In this document: in pieces, positions 24,446 through 31,799 of the stretch
How the letters are laid out: the number at the start of each line of letters is the position of its first letter
Position numbering within the stretch: position 1 is the first letter of the stretch
Assembly: GCA_037380845.1 (NCBI GenBank)
Contig: JARRRI010000031.1
Coordinates: 1 to 31,799, forward strand
Direction: 5' to 3'
Source: Candidatus Sulfobium sp.
Lineage (GTDB): Bacteria; Nitrospirota; Thermodesulfovibrionia; Thermodesulfovibrionales; UBA6898
Length of the DNA stretch: 31,799 bases
Notes under the pieces: generated by a model
Told to the model about the DNA's origin: nothing
Databases searched by the model: none
The model's input: only the letters and a program-made list of their open reading frames with translations
Translations under genes and position numbers: made by a program

Positions 24446-27010
24446 ATAACCAGCGAATTCGACATACAGAGCTTCACCGGCATCTCCGATGCCGAGGCCG
24501 CGGCGCGGCTTAAGACGGGGGGATATAATGAAATCCCGTCGGCCAGGAAGCGGAGCGTACTTGAGATAGCCGCCGAGGTGGTACGGGAACCCATGTTCCT
24601 GCTTCTGATAGCAGGCGGGACGATTTATTTTTTTCTGGGCGACATACGGGAGGCGGCGATGCTGCTCTTTTTTGTCTTCGTCGTCATGGCTATCACTCTT
24701 TACCAGGAACGAAAGACCGAGCGGGCATTGGAGGCCCTGCGCGACTTGTCAAGCCCCAGGGCTTTGGTAATCAGAGACAAGAGACAGAAGAGAATACCCG
24801 GCCGGGAGGTGGTGCTCGACGATCTGATAGTACTTTCCGAAGGGGACCGCGTACCTGCCGACGCCATACTAGTCCACTGTATCAATCTCTCCGTAGATGA
24901 ATCCCTGCTGACAGGTGAGTCTTTGCCCGTCACGAAGGTGGCCTGCGAAGGCCCCGCCGGGATGGCGCCGCCCGGCGGCGATGACCTCCCCTTCGTATAT
25001 TCCGGGACGCTGGTTGTCCAGGGTCTTGGCGTGGCCAGGGTGATGGCTGCCGGCATCAATACCGAGATCGGGAAAATAGGGGGGGCTTTGCGGAGAATAG
25101 AACCCGAGGAGACGTTGCTCCAGAAAGAAACCGGACGGCTCGTTGGACGTCTGGCCCTGGCAGGACTTTCTCTCTGCGTAGTGGTCGTGGTGCTGTACGG
25201 ACTCACCAGAGGAAACTGGGTCAACGGCCTCCTGGCAGGCATCACACTGGCGATGGCGGTCCTTCCCGAGGAATTTCCCGTGGTACTGACGGTCTTCCTC
25301 GCTATCGGGGCATGGCGCATCTCGCTGAAGAGGGTCCTCACCAGACGCGTCCCCGCCGTTGAGATGCTCGGTTCGACGACCGTTCTGTGCGTCGATAAGA
25401 CCGGAACACTGACCCTGAACCGGATGTCCGTGGAAAGCGTATTTACGTGCGGCAGGTTCTATGGGATTGGCGGCGTTTCTTCGGGCATGCCGGAGGAAGT
25501 TCACGAAATTGTGGAATTCGCTATACTGGCGAGCGAGACGAACCCGTTCGACCCGATGGAGAAGGCATTCCGGGAGTTGGGTACGCGCTTTCTGTCCGAC
25601 ACCGAGCATCTGCATGAAGATTGGTCCCTGGTCCAGGAATACCCGCTTTCCAGGAACCTTCTGTCCATGTCGCGCGTCTGGAAATCACCGGACAGCAAAA
25701 ACTATATCATAGCAGCCAAGGGGGCTCCCGAGGCGATTGCGGACATCTGCCATCTGAGCGATAAAGGGATGGCGGACCTGCAGCAGAGCATCAGCACTAT
25801 GGCAGCCAACGGTCTGAGGGTAATAGGCGTGGCAAGAGCCGGCTTTACGGAGGCTTCCCTGCCGGGCGGGCAGCACGACTTCATTTTCGAGTTCCTGGGA
25901 CTCATCGGACTCGCAGACCCGGTCCGCCCAGGGGTCCGGGAAGCGGTAACGGAGTGCTATAAGGCGGGTATCAGGATCGTAATGATCACAGGCGATTATC
26001 CCGTCACCGCGCAAAATATCGCAGGACAAATAGGGCTGAAACACGCCGGCAGGGTCATCACGGGCCGTGACCTGGATGGGATGGCCGATGCACAACTGCG
26101 GGAAGCCATCAGGACAACGGATATTTTTGCCAGGGTAGTCCCCGAGCAAAAGCTCCGCATTGTCAGTGCGCTCAAGGCCAACGGCGAGGTGGTTGCCATG
26201 ACGGGGGACGGAGTAAACGACGCTGCTGCCTTGAAGTCTGCCCACATCGGCATAGCCATGGGCGGCCGCGGGACGGATGTGGCCCGCGAGGCATCGGCCA
26301 TTGTGCTCCTGGACGATGATTTTTCCTCGATCGTAGAGGCCGTGAGGATGGGGAGAAGAATATTCGACAACCTTAAGAAGGCAATGGCCTATATTTTCGC
26401 AGTCCATGTCCCTATAGCGGGAATGTCCCTGCTGCCCGTACTTTTCAACTGGCCATTGGTTCTGATGCCCGTCCACATCGTATTCCTCGAACTGATTATA
26501 GATCCGGCCTGTTCAGTCGTTTTTGAAGCCGAGGCCGAGGAGGCAGGCCTCATGGACAGGCCGCCGCGGGACCTGACAAGGCCCCTTTTCGACAGGCGCA
26601 CCATAGGGGTCAGCCTTCTCCAGGGCCTGAGTGTGCTGCTCATCGTTCTCGGAGTCTTTGTAGTATCACTCTACCGGGGCCAGGGTGAGCTCGATGCTCG
26701 CGCACTCAGCTTTACCACCCTCATAATAGCGAATCTGGGCCTCATATTCACGAACCGCTCCTGGTCCCGCACCATCCTCGACACCCTCCGCTCCCCTAAC
26801 TCTGCACTCTGGTTGGTCACCGGAGGCGCCCTTTTCTTTCTCGGAGCGGTACTTTACGTGCCTTTTCTCAGGGCGTTGTTTCACTTAAGCAGACTTCACC
26901 TCACGGACATTGCCTTATGCCTCGGTGCAGGAATAGTGAGCATAGTATGGTTCGAGGTCTTCAAGATCTTCACCGGGAAAGGAAGGAAGGCTTCTGTGGC
27001 GGGAAATTGA
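24446..27010 (+). CDS. cation-translocating P-type ATPase (P2-like; PEEF motif)
   Basis: LTGES, PEEFP, DKTGT, KGAPE, MITGD, MTGDGVND. Likely start ATA24446 after GAGGGA; the upstream in-frame GTG24386 and ATG24395 would add a non-homologous-looking extension. Confidence 0.9.
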   Translation: MTSEFDIQSFTGISDAEAAARLKTGGYNEIPSARKRSVLEIAAEVVREPMFLLLIAGGTIYFFLGDIREAAMLLFFVFVVMAITLYQERKTERALEALRDLSSPRALVIRDKRQKRIPGREVVLDDLIVLSEGDRVPADAILVHCINLSVDESLLTGESLPVTKVACEGPAGMAPPGGDDLPFVYSGTLVVQGLGVARVMAAGINTEIGKIGGALRRIEPEETLLQKETGRLVGRLALAGLSLCVVVVVLYGLTRGNWVNGLLAGITLAMAVLPEEFPVVLTVFLAIGAWRISLKRVLTRRVPAVEMLGSTTVLCVDKTGTLTLNRMSVESVFTCGRFYGIGGVSSGMPEEVHEIVEFAILASETNPFDPMEKAFRELGTRFLSDTEHLHEDWSLVQEYPLSRNLLSMSRVWKSPDSKNYIIAAKGAPEAIADICHLSDKGMADLQQSISTMAANGLRVIGVARAGFTEASLPGGQHDFIFEFLGLIGLADPVRPGVREAVTECYKAGIRIVMITGDYPVTAQNIAGQIGLKHAGRVITGRDLDGMADAQLREAIRTTDIFARVVPEQKLRIVSALKANGEVVAMTGDGVNDAAALKSAHIGIAMGGRGTDVAREASAIVLLDDDFSSIVEAVRMGRRIFDNLKKAMAYIFAVHVPIAGMSLLPVLFNWPLVLMPVHIVFLELIIDPACSVVFEAEAEEAGLMDRPPRDLTRPLFDRRTIGVSLLQGLSVLLIVLGVFVVSLYRGQGELDARALSFTTLIIANLGLIFTNRSWSRTILDTLRSPNSALWLVTGGALFFLGAVLYVPFLRALFHLSRLHLTDIALCLGAGIVSIVWFEVFKIFTGKGRKASVAGN

Positions 27011-27255
27011 CATCGGCCGGGAATTTGCTAAACTCTTTAAAAGATGATCATCATTTCTGATAATGACATGAACTTGCACACCCTCCTTCGGAAAAGCGGT
27101 CTGCAAGAATCGTTTCCCGGGCCTTCGGGCCTCTTTCTGCCGTCACACCGACCGAAGTAACATAATAATTCAGGGGCATATATGGAACGATTTCGCAAAC
27201 AGACCACGGACAGACTTATTTTATCTTTATTATTGCGAGCAAGGAAGGGAGAGCA

Positions 27256-28620
27256 ATGAGAATTCAATCGATCAATCCATACACCGAAGAGGTGATGAAA
27301 GAATTCGAACCCATGACGTCTGATCATGTCGACCGGGCCGCCCACAGATCCCGCCACGCCTTCTTTTCCTGGAGAGAATTACCGGTCTCCGCGAGGGTCG
27401 CCGCCATAAGGAAGCTGGGGGATCACCTGAGGCAGGAAAAAAGTCGGTATGCTGAAATCATAACACTGGAGATGGGCAAACCGATCAGGGAGTCGTTCTC
27501 GGAGATCGAAAAATGTGCGTGGCTCTGCGATTACTACTCCGAAAATACAGGGGGCTTCCTGGAGCCCGAACAGATAAAGACCGAGGCGGATAAAAGCTAT
27601 GTCGTCTTCCAGCCTCTGGGGGTGGTACTGGCGGTTATGCCGTGGAACTTCCCTTTCTGGCAGGCATTCCGCTTTGGCATCCCCGCCGTCAGCGCCGGCA
27701 ATGTCGTCGTCCTCAAACATGCCTCAAACGTCCCGATGTGCGCCTTCGCGATCGAGGAGGCATTCAGGAAGGCGGGATTCCCCGAAGACATCTTCACCAC
27801 ATTGCTGATCGATGCCGGTGAAGCCCGCAGGCTTATCGAAGAAGACAAAGTCGACGCAGTCTCTCTGACGGGAAGCACCAAAGCCGGAGCGGAAGTCGGG
27901 TCGCTTGCCGGGAAAAAGATCAGGAAGTTCGTACTGGAACTCGGCGGCTCCGACCCGTTCGTCGTCCTGGACGATGCGGACATCGAAAAAGCGGCCGCGA
28001 CGGCCGTAAAGGCGCGGATGATCAACACCGGTCAGAGCTGCATAGCGGCGAAGCGCTTCATTGTTATGGAGAAGGCTGCAGAACAATTCAGGGAGGTTTT
28101 TCTGTCCCGGCTCAGGGAACTCAGGGTGGGAGATCCGATGGATAAGGCTACTGATATGGGGCCGGTCGCGAAGAAAGACATACTGGATTCCCTTAATGAG
28201 CAGATCCGGGACGCCGCGCATAAAGGCGCCGATATTCAGCGGGTGGAGCATCCATTTGCGACGGGTCTTTTTTTCTCACCATGTGCCGTGTATAATCCCA
28301 AACCGGACATGAAAATACTTACCGAAGAAGTATTCGGTCCGATAGCCCCTGTTATTACGGTAAGAGATGAAGACGAAGCGGTAAGGGCGGCGAACGATAC
28401 CGAATTCGGTCTTGGCGCCGCTGTCTGGAGCCGCGACCTCGACCGGGCGGAGAGGCTTGCCATGAAAATAGAGGCCGGTTCGATCGCCATAAACGACATG
28501 GTCAAGTCCGACCCCAGGCTCCCCTTCGGAGGTGTAAAGAAATCCGGGGTCGGCCGGGAACTGTCTCACTACGGTCTGAAGGAATTCGTTAATATAAAGA
28601 CCGTGGTAGTAAGAAAGTGA
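27256..28620 (+). CDS. NAD(P)-dependent succinate-semialdehyde dehydrogenase (Sad/GabD1-like ALDH)
   Basis: MPWNFPFWQ, LKHASNVP, LTGS, ELGGSDP, NTGQSCIAAKR, EEVFGP, PFGGVKKSG. Confidence 0.9.
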   Translation: MRIQSINPYTEEVMKEFEPMTSDHVDRAAHRSRHAFFSWRELPVSARVAAIRKLGDHLRQEKSRYAEIITLEMGKPIRESFSEIEKCAWLCDYYSENTGGFLEPEQIKTEADKSYVVFQPLGVVLAVMPWNFPFWQAFRFGIPAVSAGNVVVLKHASNVPMCAFAIEEAFRKAGFPEDIFTTLLIDAGEARRLIEEDKVDAVSLTGSTKAGAEVGSLAGKKIRKFVLELGGSDPFVVLDDADIEKAAATAVKARMINTGQSCIAAKRFIVMEKAAEQFREVFLSRLRELRVGDPMDKATDMGPVAKKDILDSLNEQIRDAAHKGADIQRVEHPFATGLFFSPCAVYNPKPDMKILTEEVFGPIAPVITVRDEDEAVRAANDTEFGLGAAVWSRDLDRAERLAMKIEAGSIAINDMVKSDPRLPFGGVKKSGVGRELSHYGLKEFVNIKTVVVRK

Positions 28621-28632
28621 CACCTGTATTGA

Positions 28633-28803
28633 AAACGTCCTGAAGGGGCCGGAAGAGTCTCGTAATGACGACATGATTTTATTTATCTTCCACATGAATG
28701 CAGACTTGCGGTCCGGCGGCTGTCAGAAAAAGGCCGGCCGGCCTCGCCCGGGGGGCATAAGGTCTCTCTACAAGACATTTTTCGCCGCCCCTTCCGGACG
28801 TTT
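28633..28803. repeat. imperfect inverted-repeat element (MITE-like)
   Basis: AAACGTCCTGAAGGGGC (28633-28649) vs GCCCCTTCCGGACGTTT (28787-28803) is 16/17 complementary; inner arms GTCTCGTA/TACAAGAC. Confidence 0.5.
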
Positions 28804-30415
28804 CCGGTATTTATATATCTTCGGCCTGCCGGGAGAAGAGAATCTCGACCTCCTGGAGTCTCTCCGCACATCTTCCATCAAGCTGATCCTGACCCGTCAT
28901 GAACAGGCGGCCGCCTTCATGGCCGCAACCCACGGACGCTTGACGGGGAAGGCCGGCGTCTGCATGTCTACCCTTGGTCCCGGTGCGACAAACCTGGTGA
29001 CCGGCATTGCACACGCGCAGCTCATAGGCGCTCCCCTGGTATCCATATCCGGGCAGAAGGCCCTCAGGGAGAACCGTCAGGCCCGATTTCAGCTTATCGA
29101 TGTGGTGAGCCTCATGAGACCGATCACCAAATCCGTGGCCTCGATCGTCGACCCGGGTACGATTCCCACCGTCCTTAGAAATGCATTCAAGCTTGCCCAG
29201 GCGGAAAGGCCCGGGGCGGTACACGTGGAACTGCCGCAGGACGTCGCTTCAGCAGAAACAGATGCTCCGTTGCAGAAAAAGGGGTCCATACGAAGATGCT
29301 CTCCCGACCCCCAGTCGATCGCTGCCGCCGCCGGACTGATCAACAGGGCGAGATACCCGCTGATCATAGTCTCTTCCGGCGCCAACCGGAAGCTGATATC
29401 ATGGCAGATCAGGGAGTTCGTCGAAAAAACGGGAATCTATGTAGTACATACTCAGATGGGCAAAGGCGTCCTCAATGACAGTTCGGAATATAGCCTCTAC
29501 GCAACCGGCATTCACGGCCGGGATTACGTCAACTGTGCAATCGACAAGGCGGACCTCATCATAACAATGGGATACAATATAGTCGAGTATCCCCCCTACA
29601 TCTGGAACGAGAAGCTCGACAAGAAGATAATAAGCATAGATTTTGCCGAGGCCGAAGTCGACAGGTACTATAACCCGGAAGTGGAAGTGGTCGGCGATAT
29701 ATCGTTCTCTTTGATGGGTCTCGCGGATAAGATCGCTCCAAACAGCAAGAGGTCGTTCCAGCCTGTCAGGGAAATGCTCGACAGAAAACTCTCACGTGAG
29801 TTCACCGCCCAGTATCCCCCGACACCGCATGAATTGGTGCTGCACGTCCGTAGCGTTCTTGGCGAAGACGACATACTCGTCCTGGACAACGGCATCTATA
29901 AGCTGTGGTTTTCACGGTTGTATCTTACGTACAGACCCAATACCTTCCTGGTCGACAACGCCCTGGCAACGATGGGTGCAGGCCTGCCCGCCGGCATAGC
30001 CGCAAAGATGCTCAATCCGGCAAGGAGGGTCCTCGCAGTCATAGGGGACGGGGGGTTCATGATGAACTCTCAGGAGCTTGAGACGGCCGTGCGCTACAAG
30101 GTCCCGATAGTAATTCTGGTGGTCAATGACAACGGGTTCGGGTTTATCAGATGGAAGCAGAAGAGCATGGGCTTCAGGAGCTTCGGGGTGGATTATTCAA
30201 ACCCCGATTTCGCCCGCTACGCGGAGACATATGGAGTGATCGGCATGAAGGCTGGGGAAGGGGACAACCTAGGGCAGCTGCTGGAAAAGGCGTTCTCCTA
30301 CAAAAAGCCCGTGCTTATCGAGTGCCCGGTCGACTATTCACCCAACTATGAAACGTTCTCACGGGAGATCGAGCGTTCGGTCTGTGACCTGGTTTTCGAT
30401 GAGAGCGAAGTCTGA
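28673..30415 (+). CDS. ThDP-dependent acetolactate-synthase-like enzyme (possible 2-oxoglutarate decarboxylase); native N-terminus appears lost
   Basis: Homology is recognisable from about 28814 (YIFGLPGEENLDL, RHEQAAAFMA, TLGPGATN, GDGGFMMNSQE). The first 47 codons are non-homologous-looking and lack an RBS. Confidence 0.8.
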   Translation: MILFIFHMNADLRSGGCQKKAGRPRPGGIRSLYKTFFAAPSGRFRYLYIFGLPGEENLDLLESLRTSSIKLILTRHEQAAAFMAATHGRLTGKAGVCMSTLGPGATNLVTGIAHAQLIGAPLVSISGQKALRENRQARFQLIDVVSLMRPITKSVASIVDPGTIPTVLRNAFKLAQAERPGAVHVELPQDVASAETDAPLQKKGSIRRCSPDPQSIAAAAGLINRARYPLIIVSSGANRKLISWQIREFVEKTGIYVVHTQMGKGVLNDSSEYSLYATGIHGRDYVNCAIDKADLIITMGYNIVEYPPYIWNEKLDKKIISIDFAEAEVDRYYNPEVEVVGDISFSLMGLADKIAPNSKRSFQPVREMLDRKLSREFTAQYPPTPHELVLHVRSVLGEDDILVLDNGIYKLWFSRLYLTYRPNTFLVDNALATMGAGLPAGIAAKMLNPARRVLAVIGDGGFMMNSQELETAVRYKVPIVILVVNDNGFGFIRWKQKSMGFRSFGVDYSNPDFARYAETYGVIGMKAGEGDNLGQLLEKAFSYKKPVLIECPVDYSPNYETFSREIERSVCDLVFDESEV

Positions 30416-30419
30416 ATCA

Positions 30420-30995
30420 CTATAACCCGCGGCTTCTTTTCTCGAATATCTCCATTAAAAGAAACATGGCAACCGCAAGGCCGGCAAGAACGGCGATTAC
30501 AACCCAGTGGCCTGCTTTGAATATCGCCGGCAGGACTGTTTTCCCCATCGACGAGGATATATAGAACGCCTCGATATAAGGATATACGACTGCGAATACC
30601 AGTGAGCCTGCCGTAATGCCCGCCAGGGTCACCAGGGCATCCATTCTTCCCGATGCAAAACCGGCTACCGCGGTCCCGGGACAGTATCCACAGACCACAA
30701 AACCCACACCGAATATTGCTCCCCCTACGATCTGAGGCCAGAAAAAGGTGGGAACGATCCAGACCCTGCCCATGGCGATAAGTCCGAAATCCGACAAAGC
30801 ATAGAGCCCGGCGGCGGCAACGACAATGGCAGTGAACATTACTTTCGGGACCGTGAAGTCAGTGAGATAAAATACTCCCGTGAGTTTATGAGGGTCACCC
30901 AGCCCTCCCCTTTCCAGAAACAGCCCGAAGAAGATCCCTATTATCAAGGCCGACAGGAGACTCAGGTTTTGAGCCAGTGCGAAGGGCGCCGTCAT
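30420..30995 (-). CDS. YeeE/YedE-family sulfur-compound transporter subunit
   Basis: GIFFGLFLERGG, GGAIFGVG..GYCPG; ATGA-coupled to the upstream gene. Confidence 0.88.
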   Translation of the reverse strand: MTAPFALAQNLSLLSALIIGIFFGLFLERGGLGDPHKLTGVFYLTDFTVPKVMFTAIVVAAAGLYALSDFGLIAMGRVWIVPTFFWPQIVGGAIFGVGFVVCGYCPGTAVAGFASGRMDALVTLAGITAGSLVFAVVYPYIEAFYISSSMGKTVLPAIFKAGHWVVIAVLAGLAVAMFLLMEIFEKRSRGL

Positions 30996-31501
30996 GACCA
31001 TAACCTCCTGAAAAAGGCGGCCACAAAGAACCCGCTGATAAACATCGCTACAACGAATATCCAGCCGGAGAGAGCCAGTTGGGCGCCCCCGGAGAGTGCC
31101 ACCCCGCTCGTACATCCCCTTGAAAGCCTGCTGGCAAAACCTATCAGCATTCCGCCCGTAAACGCAGTCACCATTCTCAGGCCATTCTTCATGTGCGCAG
31201 GCTTATCGAATTTCAGCCTGAAGTTGCCGCTCAGCAACGAGCCGGCCAGAGCGCCCAGAAAGAGGCCCCCGATCTCAAACAACACCCAGTTCAGTAGTGG
31301 CGCCTTCACATCCAGGTACCGGGCGAAGTATTTCAGCGTACTTGCGTATTCCGGGTTCACTTCCCTGGTGCCTACGCCCGCCAGCAGCGAAAACGCGCTC
31401 GACGCAGCCAGTCCCCATCCCACGATATAGAATGCCGCAAGGAGCGTAATCCCAAGGCCGATACCGGCGATATACGGAGACCAGAAGCTATTTTTTCCCA
31501 T
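30992..31501 (-). CDS. YeeE/YedE-family sulfur-compound transporter subunit
   Basis: WSPYIAG, GGMLIGFASRLSRGCTSG; GGAGG RBS. Confidence 0.88.
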   Translation of the reverse strand: MGKNSFWSPYIAGIGLGITLLAAFYIVGWGLAASSAFSLLAGVGTREVNPEYASTLKYFARYLDVKAPLLNWVLFEIGGLFLGALAGSLLSGNFRLKFDKPAHMKNGLRMVTAFTGGMLIGFASRLSRGCTSGVALSGGAQLALSGWIFVVAMFISGFFVAAFFRRLWS

Positions 31502-31709
31502 CGAAGCCCTCCGCGATGTCAAATACCGCAACCTTTACTGCTGTTAAGCAAATCTTATCAGGTTCAAAAGGGCTTTGCTACAGGAGTGACCGGAATGATT
31601 AGGGCACTGACGTTCCCAAGGCAGAAAAGGGGAGCCAAAATATTTTTTTGCCTCAAAAAAAGCAGGAAATAAACATTGAAAACATCTCATGATACTCTGC
31701 CCGACTGAA

Positions 31710-31789
31710 CCGTCATTCCCGCGTCAGTTGGGCGGGAATTCATTTTAAACAGAATATGGGTGTCCGGCTGAAAACTCCGGGCATGACGG
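31710..31789. repeat. GTCATTCC-type palindromic intergenic repeat (copy 3)
   Basis: CCGTCATTCCCGCG...GCGGGAAT ... CCGGGCATGACGG, with terminal CCGTCAT/ATGACGG. Confidence 0.65.
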
Positions 31790-31799
31790 AAAAAAGAAA

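Noticed and set aside
27041..27070. Fur-like box (GATGATCATC palindrome, TGATAATGA) upstream of SSADH
   Set aside because: Only a partial match to the 19-bp consensus and far from the start codon; not supportable.
1..31799. CRISPR array, rRNA, intact prophage or retron
   Set aside because: No regularly spaced direct repeats, and no cas, reverse transcriptase, phage structural or rRNA sequence seen.

Overview
This is a 31.8-kb bacterial chromosome segment, GC-rich in coding regions. Gene content and style suggest an anaerobic, selenocysteine-using lineage such as Nitrospirota/Thermodesulfovibrionia or Desulfobacterota; that is an inference from the sequence only. Left part (1-4082): a sigma54-driven pair of paralogous Gly-rich membrane proteins and a secreted protein preceded by a CRP box. 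An AT-richer decayed islet follows, abutting the 3' end of tRNA-Sec, with a PAS fragment, a promoter-driven ~150-nt rod-like RNA candidate, a MerR-HicB/HicA toxin-antitoxin pair and an IS256 fragment. Core part: tRNA-Sec (selC), CooT, DUF3842, a GAF-GGDEF diguanylate cyclase, a DHH-CBS tRNA nucleotidyltransferase, RlpA, a CRP/FNR regulator divergent from an RpoD-like sigma factor, and a DsbC-like selenoprotein (in-frame UGA in UPYC, SECIS-like hairpin, N-terminal CxxCH). Next come rel (interrupted by an in-frame TAA), recJ, secF-secD-yajC, a membrane protein, a lipoate ligase/octanoyltransferase and an HEXXH peptidase. Right part: a P-type ATPase (probable ATA start), an SSADH next to a 5'-damaged ThDP enzyme (possible 2-oxoglutarate decarboxylase shunt) and two YeeE/YedE genes. 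The most notable items are the heme-motif selenoprotein, the unexplained structured RNA, the MerR-HicB fusion with its operator, the CRP-to-sigma cascade and the rel nonsense codon. No database searches were run; family calls come from recognised motifs.
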